DNA from: the human T2T-CHM13v2.0 reference genome, Homo sapiens
Assembly (NCBI RefSeq): GCF_009914755.1
Contig: NC_060932.1
DNA: 64,000 bases
Strand: one strand, 5' to 3'
A model generated the notes under the pieces. The model worked only from the letters and a program-made list of their open reading frames with translations. It ran no database searches and was not told where the DNA came from. Below are positions 42,296-56,519 of the stretch, piece after piece (positions within the stretch are counted from its first letter, which is position 1; each line of letters starts with the position of its first letter). The position numbers were made by a program, and so were the translations under genes.

Positions 42296-42808
42296 GTTTT
42301 CTGTTGCTGCATCACAAACTACCCAAAATGTAGTGGTTTAAAAGAACCATTTTATTTGTTCACAATCATGTAGGTCAAGATTCAGGAAACTGCTTGGCTG
42401 AGCAGTTTGACACTCATCCACGTGGTCTCCAGAGGGCGAGCCGGTGTTGGGGGACCCACTCCCAAGATGGCTTCTCCACTCAAATGTTTAGCATCCTGTG
42501 TTCTTTGGTCTCCCCATCTCCATGTGGCATGTCATCTGCCAGGGCCTCTCTGCATGGCTTGGGCTTTTCACAGCATGATGATCTCAGGATGCATGTCCTT
42601 TTTACATGATGGCTATCTTCCAGCAGAATGAGCCAGAAGCCGCCAATCTGCCTAAAGTGTAGCCCCAGAGCAAGCATAAGATTACTTCTCACATACTCTA
42701 TTGGTCAAAACAGTCCCAGGCCAGCCCAGATTCAAGGATAGGAAGAGTAGACTCTGTTTTCCATGGAAAGAATATCAAATACTTTGTGACCATTTTTAAT
42801 CAGCCACA
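42296..42808 (-). mobile_element. MLT1H-like LTR
   Basis: ttgctgcatcacaaactacccaaaatgtagtggtttaaaa...cccaagatggct...ctattggtcaaa...ggccagcccagattcaagg. Confidence 0.8.
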
Positions 42809-43267
42809 GAGGTGACTCATTGTTGTCTCTCTCTGATGGGAATGAGGATAGAAAAGCTACAGTGAGAGGAAAATATGAAGTCCAGAGATATCCCCCATGG
42901 AATTAGTTACCATCTCCAGCAAGCTGCAGTGACACCTGGCACCAGACATTTAATGAAATCCCACAGGAAACTGCTAAACTCATTTTTTTCTAGCATTGAC
43001 CCTAAATCCATCCCAGCTGACATAACAGCCTCTTAGCTAAACTCTAGCAATTTCCTAAGTCAGAAGAGTAGATAGAATATGTTCTTAAACTGTAGCTATT
43101 AGAGAAAAAGTGTTGCCTCACATATGATGAGCAGTGAGTCAAGAAGTCATCCTCACTACAGCAGAGAAAATAGAAAGGATTGAGCCTTCTAAAGATGATC
43201 AAAAGGAAAAGTAATGGTGTGTAAACCACCTAACCATACTGCAGAAAAGGGAAGGCAGCAGAAATAT

Positions 43268-43268
<1 letters not shown>

Positions 43269-43302
<34 letters not shown>
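43269..43302. repeat. (CA)17 microsatellite
   Basis: Directly visible. Confidence 0.97.
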
Positions 43303-43304
<2 letters not shown>

Positions 43305-43418
43305 GCAAGTAAAACTAGCTTCCGCCCCCAACCCAGACATCTAGATGTCAAGGTTTGAATGTGTTTCCTGAGCAATATAAACTGTAATCATTAAGGGCTT
43401 TTGATGCTTCTAGATCAC

Positions 43419-43905
43419 TGTATCCATTAAGGTTAAGCAGAACACAGACACCATACTCAATAGGGGTGATTGAAAATTATGGAGCAAATTGCCTATTAAC
43501 CAAGGTGAGGGGAGCATTGAGGGAAATAAACATGAGAAGGTGAAGCACAAGGGTGCAAACAAGAGAAGAATGAAGACCCTGGGCCTGAGGGGACAGGGAA
43601 GAAGCTAATGCTGGAAGCCAACAAGGAAGGACTGAAGCTGCAGGAAGGGCTGCCTGAAAGGAGATGAGCATAGGTAGAAGAAAGCCACTGTGAAACCTTA
43701 GAGCAGAAGGGAAGGAACTTTGGTAACAAATGCCCTGATCTCCTTCTGCTTCTTGCTCCTCCTTCTACCAAGGCCACTCTTGGCTGAATGCAACTAGAAG
43801 GAGAAACCAAGCAAAGGCAGCCTTTTTGATCAGGTCCTCAGAGCCCAGCCTACTGGAGCACAAGACAGAGCAGGGACGTGTGGAAACTGGGCCTGGAGAG
43901 ACGGT
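43419..43905 (-). mobile_element. Old ERVL-class LTR (subfamily uncertain)
   Basis: tgtatccattaagg...ccatactcaa...ttggctgaatgcaactagaag...cagcctactggagcacaagacagagcaggg. Confidence 0.5.
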
Positions 43906-44191
43906 GCAGATTCTGCAACTGAGCTGGCCTGGTAACCACATGCAACCTAATTTCTGTAATACGTGAATATATGTTAATAGCGATACCTCTTTTGAAGAAG
44001 AATCTTAGAATTATCTGTATCTCCCCTCTTGGTCTACAGAGCTTTTAAGGATCTGAATCCATTTGGTTTCTTATCTTAAACAATGCATATGGAAGATTTA
44101 TTTAATTTGACATTATAGAACTAATAAGTTCTGATTAAGCAGAATAAACATGGCTGACGATTGCTGTAGAAGATAGGTTTAAAATAGTGAT

Positions 44192-44479
44192 ATAAAAAAT
44201 ATATATATATATATTTTTTTTTTTAGACGGATTCTCACTCTGTCACCCAGGCTGGAGTGCAGTGTCATGATCTCGGCTCACTGCAACCTCTGTCTCCTGG
44301 GTTCAAGCGATTCTCATGCCTTAGCCTCCTGAGTAGCTAGGATTACAGGCAGGCACCATCACACCTGGCTAATTTTTGTATTCTTAGTAGAGACGGGGTT
44401 TCGCCATACTGGCCAGGCTGGTCTCAAACTCCTGATCTCAGGTGATCTGCCCACTTCGGCCTCCCAAAGTTATGGGATT
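44192..44479 (-). mobile_element. AluSx-like, 5'-truncated
   Basis: TSD ttaaaatagtgat on both sides. Confidence 0.95.
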
Positions 44480-45306
44480 TAAAATAGTGATTTCTGATGA
44501 AAAAGAGAAATAGTGAAATGATGAAGGATAAAATAATAGATAAGTAGGGCAAAAAGAAGCCAAACTAAGCATAATTAATGGCTGTAAAGTAAAAAAAAAA
44601 AATCCACAAAGGATGCAGATGACACATTTAAGGTAAAATACAAGAAAAATTTCTAAAATATAGAAATGATAAAGACTGAAATAATAAACCAGAAAAAAAT
44701 TGTTTCAAATCCCTCAACTCCATGACACATTCTAACTGATATATTGAACTCAACAATAAAAATACTTTTCAGGCAGAAAAAGGAAATCACATTCTAAAGA
44801 AGGCAAAATATGAGACAGGACACATACATCTCCAGATCAATATTAAATATCAGAAAACAGTAATGCTACAAAATTTCACAATGAAAAAGTTTAAGCCAAG
44901 AATATGATTAAATTAAACCTAAGGTGGCCCAACCGACAGCCACCCCTCTTATTCCTGGTAACAGACTTCAGATTTCTTTTTCTGGCACCAGGGTACACAC
45001 CTACCCAGGATGCCAATCACGGTTTGTGTAAGGCAGGCACGGCGATGTACATGGCTGATGTAGCAGTGAGAATGGGCCCACTTCTGGCTACTGAAAACTG
45101 AGAAGTCTGATTGGGATTCCAAGAAAAGTTTTCTCCAAATGACTGGATAGAGAAAAGTTATTTTATGCTGCACCTTTGATTCCTGCCTGGGTAGCTATGA
45201 TTTGAGGATGTGTAGCTTAGAGTTCCAGCAGCCATCTTGAAACCATGATGTCGCATCACCACGCAGGAATGGCAGAGCACAGCGCCTGAAGAAGCCTCAG
45301 AGTTTA

Positions 45307-45634
<328 letters not shown>

Positions 45635-46839
45635 TCAAACATTATCATCAATACTGGCACTGCTCACTTCTGGGCTTCTTAAGTAACTCAGAAGAGTCTT
45701 GATCTTAAGCTGCTATTAGTCTGATATCCATTTACTTACTATTGAAATTATCCTAAGAACACTCTTTCCATTAAAATCTTTTGCATTGCAATTAAATCTA
45801 AGCTCCTTGGGGGCAGAAATTTTAGTTGGTTTTGTTTACTGATGTCTCTTCATTGCTTAAAAGAGCTCAGTGGCATAGCAGGTATAAAATAAATATTTGT
45901 TGAATAAATTACAATAAAAAGCAAAACAAAACAAACCCGTTATACTAGGAGTCTAAACATGATAAGCATTCCAACAGCAGAATTGCCCTAAAATGTCTTT
46001 AGAAAGACCACTTTAAAAACAAATAAACACAACCCCGATTTACTGATGCAAAACCCATTGTCTGTGGTCCATGGCACATGGCCAGGGTGTGTCAGGAAAG
46101 CTGTGAGTGATTGGTTAACAGTGTTCCATCCTTGCAAGGCAGACTGCATGGGTCAGAAAACCAGTGCAATGGCACCGACTACTCCTGAATATTCCCTAAG
46201 AGTTGTGACTGTTCAAATCATTTATATGTTTCAGTAAGTAACCATTCTAAGGCATTAATTTATAGTGCATATGTGTATATGCATTATATATACATATATA
46301 TGCAGTATATATAATGCATATGTGTGTGTGTGTGTGTATATATATCCCATTTTAAAATTTCTGTAGTAGAAGGAAAATTCAGATTATGTGGGACTGGATT
46401 AAATAATCTCATTTAATTTTTAGATAATTAAACCCTTTTTTGAATTGATTGGTCTAACCTCCAGAAATATTATTTGCCCAGAACAGAGCAGGCCACAGGA
46501 ATTCCAGGAAAATTATCTTCTGATCCATCTTCTCAGATATTCCTCATAATCTAGAAGAACAGTTCCCAAATATGGTGTCTACTCTCTGATGTATCTCAGT
46601 GAGCAAAGAGATGTGTCATAAGTAATCTGAAGCTAATAACCATTAAAGAACTGATGTACTTCAAATGATGTGCTTTATAAATAACTCTGAGAAAATTCAA
46701 GGTTACCTCTATGAAAGCATCCCTCTTGCTTGCACTCTGATGTTTTCCCGAAGTGTTATGCCAGATATCACCCCTTTCCTGGACCTTGCTCTGTGCCCCA
46801 GGCACTGATCTGAATTGACTACATCAATGAAATCTATGG

Positions 46840-47305
46840 GTGATTGCAAGTGATAGCCACAAATTCCTCCCTTCTCTATATCCATCCCTTTTGCAGCTGT
46901 GGCTTTGCTGTTCTTTCCACAAAGAGGCAGACTCTATTTATTCATTTCCCCCTACTCCTTCAGGCTCCAGAATCTGAGCCAACTTGTGACTTACTTTGAC
47001 CTAGAGAATGTAGCAAAAGTAAGTTGTGGGATTTCTGAGCCTGACCCCGAAGAGGTCCCACAGCTTCTGCCCTCTCTTGGAACCTGAGACTACCATATGA
47101 GACAGCCTGGGCTACCCTCCTGGAGGATAAGAGACCATATATAGAGAGAGGCCAAGCTGAGAGCCGACACCAACTGCCAGACACGTGATTGAGGCCATTG
47201 TAGACCTTCCCATCCTAGGTGAACATCCAGACAACTGTAACGGCATAAGTGGACTCAGGAAAAACAGCATATGAGCCCATTCCAAACTGCTGACCCACAG
47301 AATCT
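46840..47305 (+). mobile_element. MLT1G/H-like LTR, 3'-truncated
   Basis: atagccacaaattcctccc...ttgtgacttactttgacc..agaatgtagcaaaagt...caactgccagacacgtgattgaggccat...aactgctgacccacagaatc. Confidence 0.8.
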
Positions 47306-47437
47306 TAAATTCAAAGAAAATTCAGTGACATTGCTAATGAGTCCAGTGGCCTGGGGCATGTTAATGTATCCTTTCCAAGGTGAAGTACAGGTTGCTGTAT
47401 CTGGTGGCTCCTATTACTATATTAAAAGGCTAAATGC

Positions 47438-48122
47438 TGTAGGAGGCAAAGGAAAACTTCCCCCTTCACCCTTGGAAGATTCGCTGAAAAATCAATTCAC
47501 AAAAGGCAGGTTAATAAGCGAAGAGGCATACCAATTTATCAGTGTGCACAGGAGAGAATCACAGAGTTAGTACCCAATATCTCAATAGAGTACAGATGCT
47601 TATATACCCTACTTCTTAGGGGAAAGGAAGATGGAGAAGTGCGGATGATTTTAGGGGGATAGTAAATGATTTTTAGGGGAATTCAATGGGCTTGAAGAAT
47701 ATACAGTAGCCTGGGACAAAGTCTGTTGGGCCCACAAAGCAAACACTAGTTTGTGACAAAAGTCTGTCCTGATTTGTTGACAAACCTCAGTCTCCCTTCC
47801 TATGAAATGGGTTCAGTTAATGAATACTCAGGGAAAGGACGGAGGGTGATTTTTTTTTTTTTTTTTTTTGTAATCCCAAACTTCAGGCAGATAAGGGAAC
47901 TTTAGAGAACAACTTCATCCTGTGCTTTGAGAGAGGTAGAGGATTCAAAGAAGGAGTGGGGAGGGAAGGAAAAACAATTGTTCTCCTCGGTGAGTTTGTC
48001 TGGTCTTTACGTAGAGAGGGGAAATCTCTTCCAGCACCTGTTCATCTCAAACCGTCTTTAATTCAAAACACTCATTATATCAGGGAGTCATATTTTGGAG
48101 TGAAGTTCCCTGTGTTCCTTCA
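47438..48122 (-). mobile_element. ERV1 MER4-group solo LTR inserted in ERVL pol
   Basis: TG...CA ends (tgtaggaggcaaaggaaaacttcc...catattttggagtgaagttccctgtgttccttca); flanks ATGC/ATAC; pol homology resumes across it. Confidence 0.8.
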
Positions 48123-49180
48123 ATACCTAATGGGTCTCTTTGGGTTTTAGATACAATGTATATCTCACTTGGTCAAGCTACTCTGACCCATTTTCCAAGC
48201 AGCATGAAGGCTGCCCATTTTGATTAAGAACCAGAGGGGGAAAAAATGCATGGATCAGGTCAAAGCTGTCATTCAAACTGCTCTGGCACTTAGGTGGTAT
48301 AACCCAGAAGATCTGATCATGTTTGATGTGTCTGTGGCAGATAGAAATGGTTTGTAGAGCCCTTGGCAGGCCCCTAGAGAAGAATCACAGCAAAATCCAT
48401 GAAGAATTTAGAGTGAAGCTGTGCCACCCTCTTCAGATTCTATTCTTTTGAAAGTTTTTAGCTTGCTATAGGCCCTAGTAGACAGCAAATGCTTTACCAT
48501 AATATACAAGTTACTAGGCAACCTAAGCTACCCTATCACTAACTGGATGTTGTCTGATCCTGCAAGTTACAGAGCTGGTCATGCACCGCAGCACTCCATT
48601 GTTGAGTGGAAACGGTGGCTACAAGATTTGGCTAACAGGACCCAGAGGCTCAAATAAATTGTGTGATCAAGTAGTCCTGATTCCCATGCTCCTACTCTTG
48701 CTACTTTGCCTTCACTCTCTCTACTTAGCACAAATTGCTTCATGGAGAATTCTCTGTGACTAGTTAACTGAGGAAGAAAAACTGCAAGCTTGGTTTACAG
48801 TTGGTTCTGCAGAAGATTCTGGCAGTATCCAAAAACAGAGAGCCACAACACTTCAGCCACATTCAGGAGTAGACTCAAAGGAAAATAATGTCAATCGAGT
48901 GAAATATTTTCAGAACTTCAAGCAATGCACCTCTGGCTATTAAATGTGCCTTTAAAAAAAGATGGTTAGATGTTTATATCTATATACTGATTCATGAACA
49001 TTGACTAAAAGCTCGGTTGGAAAGATGGAGACTTGAAAGTAAGATGATGAGAAATGTGGTGTCAGGGTGGTCTGGGGAAAAGCTATGTGGATAGACCTCT
49101 CTTAATGGGCACAAGTGTGAAAATTACTTGTGTCATGTGTGAACGTTCACTGAAGAGCAGCCTTGGTTAAGGAGAATCTT

Positions 49181-49528
49181 TTTTAAAATTTTTATTTTAT
49201 TTTTCCATAAGTAATTGGGGTACAGGTGGTATTTGGTTACATGAGTAAGTCCTTTATTGGTGATTTGTGAGATTTTGGTGCATCCATCACCCAAATTGTG
49301 TGGAGATTCCTTAAAGAATAAAAGTAGAACTACAATTTGATCCAGCAATCCCACTACTGGGTATCTACCCAGAGGAAGATAAGTCATTATTCAAAAAAGA
49401 TACTTGCACACGCATGTTTATAGCAGCACAATTCACAACCGCAAAATCGTGGAACCAACCCAAATGCCCATCAATCAACGAGTGGATAAAGAAACTGTGG
49501 TATATACATACAATGGAATACTACTCCA
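49181..49528 (-). mobile_element. 5'-inverted, truncated L1PB-like element
   Basis: Antisense 3' end (49181-~49294) joined to a sense ORF2-end segment (~49295-49528); perfect 14 bp TSD ttaaggagaatctt. Confidence 0.92.
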
Positions 49529-49777
49529 TTAAGGAGAATCTTAATAGTCAGGTGGAAGTCAGGAGAATCTTAATAGTCAGAATGATGAATTCTGTGGATG
49601 TCAGTTAATCTCATTCCCCAGTCAACCCTGTCTTTAACCAATGGGCTCATGAACAGAGAGCATGGTGGCAGGGATGGGAATTACGCACGGGCTCAGCAAC
49701 ATCAAAACCATTTTGGCTACAGCTACCACTGAACACACAGCCTGCCAACAGCAGGGACCAGCAATGAACGTGCACTA

Positions 49778-50075
49778 CATGTATCAATTAATTTCATCAT
49801 CTTACATGGCCGTGGTTCATGGTACCCCAAAAAGTTATAGTAGTAACAATATAATCACGATCACAGACCCCCATAACAGACATAACAATAATGAAACAGT
49901 CGGACGTGAGAATTACTAGAATGTGACACAGAGACACAAAGTGAGAAGATGCTGTTGGAAAAATGGCAACGGTAGATTTGCTAGACACACGGTTGCCATG
50001 AAACTTTCAGTTTGTAAAAAATGCAATTATCTGTAAAGCACAATGAAGTGAAGTGCAATAAACAAGGTGCACCTG
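49778..50075 (-). mobile_element. Tigger1 terminal fragment
   Basis: aatgtgacacagagacac...gctgttggaaaaatggc...tttgtaaaaaatgca...gcaataaacaaggtgcacctg followed by TA. Confidence 0.85.
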
Positions 50076-51511
50076 TACTAAGAACCACTTCCATCATGAA
50101 AGAAGCAGTGCTTGGTTCTCAGGAAGAGAAACTTCCCTGGATATGGACTGATTTTTTTCTGTCCACAATGCTTTTGTCAAAACCAGCATCTCTGGGCTTC
50201 TTAGTCATCTTATTCACCATCATGGTAATCCACACTTCATTACTTCTGTCCGAGAAAGAAGATTTTATAGCAAATGAAGTATAACGGCAGGTTCGTGCTC
50301 ATGTGATTTACTGGGGTTACCATGGTTCCATGAATTAGCTGGCTCTATGAAATGATAGAATGGCTTTTTGAAGCCTCAGTTTTGGTAGCAGTGAGGCGGC
50401 AACCCTTTGACACAACAAGTTATATGTGCCGAATAAGCAATTGATACATAGGAGCTTCTTTCTTGCCAGGGTTCCCAGGGTTAAGTATCATGATGGAATA
50501 TTAGCAGTTCTTCATATTTTCCCTTCTTGTTCTACTAGCAACATTTTTATAATCAATTCCTGCAACTTTACACTTTTCTGCTTTAGACAGTTTAGTTCCT
50601 AAGGGAGAAATGTTTCCACCAAGGGACACAGCAGTCATTCCATTAAACTGGAAGTCAGATTGCCACCTGGACACTTTGAGCTCCTCAGTCTCTGACAATC
50701 AGGCAAATCTAGTATAATTGTACTGGCTGGTATAGTTGCTTCTGACTATCAAGGGGATTGGGGGTTGCTATTAAACAATAGGGTCAAGGAGGAATATGTC
50801 CAGAATGCAGGAGACCTTCTCTGCACCTGTCAGTACTCCTACATTCTGTAATAAAAGCCAACGAAAAATTACAGCAACACAACACAGACAGATTGAAAAT
50901 GGAACATACACTTCAGGAATTTAGAGTTTGTGTCATGTGTGAACATTCACTAAAGAGCAACCTCAGGTAAGGAGAATCACCCCACCAATCCAGGAGGCCT
51001 ACAACCACCTGAGGTGCTTGCTGAGGGCAAAGGAAACATGTGACGGGTTGTGGATGATGAAAATGTGTAAATACCTGCAACAACCATGTGAACAGTTGCA
51101 GACATAAAGGTAATAGTGTTCTGAGCATTTATTTCTTGCTTTTCTATGAATATATTTGTATAATATTAACCAAGTATTTTTTTGTGTCTCTTGTTTTCAA
51201 ACTCTCTACCATTTTCAAACTATCTAGCATAAGATATATTATTAGTGGTTAACTTTATCTCTCAGGAATTCGGTTACAGGCTGTCAGGGGGAAATGTGAT
51301 TCAGCTAAAAGGGAAACAAATACCATCATGTGAATGAAGTGAACATGGGGGACTTCATATTCTCCTTCGGCGGGGACGGTTCATGTACTTTCACTTACGT
51401 AAGGAATTGTTGCCTTATGTTAGGCAGAAGCACGATTTTGCTTGTGTTTTGTTTGGAAGCTAAACGTGGTTTAAAAGGCACGTGTGGGGGTCAAATGGAT
51501 GAGGAATGGAC

Positions 51512-52050
51512 AGTATCAAATTGTGCTGTGTCGACTTGGCTGAGGTGGGGGTAGAATTTTCCTAGAATTTCCTTCCCTGAATGATTCCAGATTATAGTCA
51601 TCCAAAAGAGGAAAATATTCCAAATTTGGAAGGCAGAAGTAAATCCGTCACCATTACACTCCGAAGGTTCTTGAGGTCAGATGCAGTAACAGAGAGATTC
51701 AGGAGTGCCCACTTGTTCCACATTGTTCACATTCACTCCGAGCCGCATCCAGCTCTTCTCCCAGGCTGCTTGTTCTGTTGACCCACAGGGATCCCAGATC
51801 CACCTCCAGGAGCTTGGCTGTGGATCCACAGAGGAGGTCAATCCATGAACCCTTCCAGCACCACTTTGAAAGCTGGACACCTTATCAGGTTGACTGGTTA
51901 GTACCTCCTTTTCTGACCCTCTTATTCTTTCTTTCGAACTTTCATTCCCTGCCTCCTTCAACAACTGGGTAAGGTCTAATTCTAATAATGAATTCCTTAT
52001 TCCCTAATCTCACAATGACTCAGCTGCCTGAATAAATCCTGATTGATACA
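51512..52050 (+). mobile_element. 3' LTR of the ERVL remnant (LTR41/LTR52-like)
   Basis: Follows a purine-rich tract; tgtgctgtgtcgacttggct...agaatttccttccctg...tttggaaggcagaagt...ends ctgattgataca. Confidence 0.7.
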
Positions 52051-52440
52051 GGTTTGTTGCTGTCGTTGCCATTGTCACATCCTGGCTTCTAAGTGGGTTC
52101 AGCTGATGGGGATTAGCTGACAAGACTAGAGAAAGGATAGGTTGGCCAAGGAATTAATTCTCCTGGTTCTCCCCGCATGCTGCTGACCCTGTCTGGCTAG
52201 GCTGTGTTCCTCAACCAAAGGCCACAGCTCCTGCGACAGTCACACTTGCCCACAGAACTCATTCCATGTCCAGTTGCCTGTCATTGTTTCTTCTCCTTAT
52301 CCCTTCAGGTCTTGGAATCCACAAAGCTTCATCCTATCACTAGCCCAAGGGGACTGCACTATCCCTTCTGTTTCCCTTCATCCTGCCCACACTTTGTCAA
52401 TATTCACTTCAGTAAACACTCCTCAAGCTTAAGTGTGTCT

Positions 52441-54098
<1,658 letters not shown>

Positions 54099-55837
54099 AT
54101 TAAGCGTGCTATCTGCTTCCTGCTAGGACCCTGACTGACAAAGGTTGAAATAATACGTATCCCAGCCTATTTTATTTTAAAATCTGGTTTCACCCACACT
54201 GGTCAGTCCTGAACCCAACACCATACATCATGAATGTCATGAAAGTAAAAAAGGTTATCTAAACGGCAAAAGTCTAAATTCTCTACCGTGCCCTATGAGG
54301 CACTTCAGAAATAACAATGACTTTTAATAATACCACCTGGCCACAACCAAACAATGGAATGTCAGCTTTGGAAAGAACCTTAGCACTGTCAATACTGCCC
54401 CCATCTTTGTTCAGTCGGCAAAACTGGGCTTCTAGATAGGAAACCACTATTCCAAGAGCACAAGAGTTGGGTCAAAACACTATGGATGGGACTTTTCAGA
54501 ATTTAATGGAGAGAATTATGAACTAGGAATGAGGAGTTTAGGGTTTCCATTTATTCTCTCAACAAACAAAATTGAGGTGAGGGTGCAGGAAGGAATTGAA
54601 GTTGCAGTCAAGGGCCGAGGTCTGTGGACCACGGCAGGCAGCCCCCAACAGTGGGACCTCGGAGCATCCTGGGAGGCAGTGAAGCTGTCTCTGGTTCATC
54701 ACTCAGTAGTTGTGCTCAATCTTGGCAAGTTCCTAGTCCTCTCAGAACCTCAATATCCTTGTCTGTCAAATGACATAAATAAAGTCACTATTGCAGAGCT
54801 GCCTAGGAGGATTAAATGGGAGATATATAACACACGCGAGACACTTGGCTCAGTGTGGGTGCTGCTGTGCTGTGATGTCCTGGGTGAGTCTCCTCAACTC
54901 GTCTCTAGGTCTCGCGAAGGCTGATGTCAAATTAGGTCCCTGACTCCTTAGCTGAACAGGCATCAGAACCATCCAGGAACCTGACTAAAATAGAGAGTGA
55001 AGTATCCATCTGCCCTGGGGCCAAACCCAGGTCTGCTAGCCTGGGATATGCCGGGGCAGGAACTGGGAAACTGTATTTTCAAGTAGGCTCACACCGGGGG
55101 ATTCTAATCCTCAGATGGCTCCATGGACCAGGCTTGGAAACTGCTGCACGAGATGCTCTCTGGGGTCCTGGAGCCCACAGGGCCTCCGGCTCTGGGCTGT
55201 GTCAAGTGTGACCCCCCCCGGAGGTCACCCCTGCACACAGTCTATTTTCAGATCCACCTCTCCGGCTTCTGGCAGAGCCTGCAGACTGCATTGGCTGCTG
55301 CTCTGTCTCCATCTCTCCGCTTCCTAATCTAATTATCACAACAACCAGATGTGACAGTCTCCCTCTCAAAGCCATTTAAACATCTCCAAAGGCACCTCTC
55401 ACTATTTGGGTCTTCTGTAATTCTCCCCTCCCTCCTTCAGCCGGACACCTTGGCTCCCGACGCTCTCCTCCCTGTGCCAATTAGCGGTGAAGTATCCTTC
55501 TGCGAAAATAATCCAATTATGGAGCACTGAATAGCAGCCATGATCTGGCACAATCAAATCCTTGTCCACAGAGACAAGAAAGCCAAGCCTCTTAGCATCC
55601 TAAGGGGTCAGCCTGCTGGAATAGGATGCCGTCTTCCTCTGACAGCCACTCTTCTGAACACTTTTGTGAGTCTGTGCCTCTCTCCATACCTTTGAAAATG
55701 GGAGAGATGAAGAGATGTCTTTCCCAGAAAGATGTGCATGTGTGCATTGATTTCTATGCAATTTCCAGAGTCCACGCCCTCTTGGAGACAATCCTTGGGC
55801 CCCCGGCCTACCACGTCTCCTCGACAGCTGCCATGAC

Positions 55838-56519
55838 TGTAAACTAAAAATAAAATCCTAAGCCCCTGATCAACTGAATGGACCCTTCTCTTGCCGAACG
55901 GGACCTCAGAAAAACCTCAAAACCTGAACTCCTGGCCACGATTAAAAGGGAGGTCAGGCATACCTCATTACACCCCTTCCCTTTAGGAGTTTAAGCATAA
56001 CTGACCAGCACTAATGTTCAACAAGAGAACATAAGACTAACAAAACGGGCCCTTTGCGACAGTAAGATATCAAATTATTAACAGGACCTAAGGCCATGCC
56101 AGACAAGGGTTAGATCACACACTCCTGCAGGTCTCTCTGACCCAGCGTATTGGTTAACGGACTTCCTTGTCTTTTCAAACCTTCCCTTCTGCAGACTCCC
56201 AATTTTTGGATAAAGCTTTGCTTTCTTAACCAATTGCAAATTAAAGAACCTCTGAATCACCTACAACCTGTAAGCCTCTGCCTCGTCAAGATATCCCATC
56301 TTTTTGGGCCAAGCCAATGTATACCTCCATGCAGTGATTTATGTCTTTGCCTGTCACTCCTGTCTCCCTAAAATGTATAAAAACAAACTGTAATCTGGCT
56401 GCCGCAGGTGCACTTTCTCAGGACCTCTTGAGACTGTGTTCCCTTGGCTGTGGTCACTTGTATTGACTCAGAATAAACCTCTTTAAAATGTTTTACAGGG
56501 TCTGTCCTTTCTGTTAACA
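55838..56519 (+). mobile_element. MER4 (B/D/E-like) ERV1 solo LTR, full length
   Basis: tgtaaactaaaaataaaatcctaagcccc...gttaaca; TATA-like tgtataaaaa and AATAAA retained; perfect 4 bp TSD TGAC. Confidence 0.9.

Larger units (their letters stand above)
47306..51511 (+). mobile_element. ERVL-class internal region (RT/RNase H/integrase/dUTPase remnant) with nested insertions
   Basis: Translates in pieces to ERV-L pol motifs (PSKVK..LL.L, LMGLFGF, VSVADR...SPWQAP, ACYRALV, NWMLSDPASY, QWAHEQ..HGGRDG.YARAQQH, VPKGEMFPPRDT..IPLNWK, EVLAEGKGN); many stops. Confidence 0.9.

Noticed and set aside
47646-47680. atgattttagggg repeated twice
   Set aside because: Internal to an ERV1 LTR and probably part of its consensus.
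47306-51511. ERVL pol as a functional or domesticated gene
   Set aside because: Numerous stops and frameshifts plus three nested insertions.
51677-51964. 95 aa antisense ORF within the ERVL LTR, considered as a captured host gene fragment
   Set aside because: I could not match it convincingly to any protein; it lies inside LTR sequence.
55209-55227. Everted nuclear-receptor half sites TGACCC-n7-AGGTCA
   Set aside because: Single short motif with atypical spacing and no supporting context.
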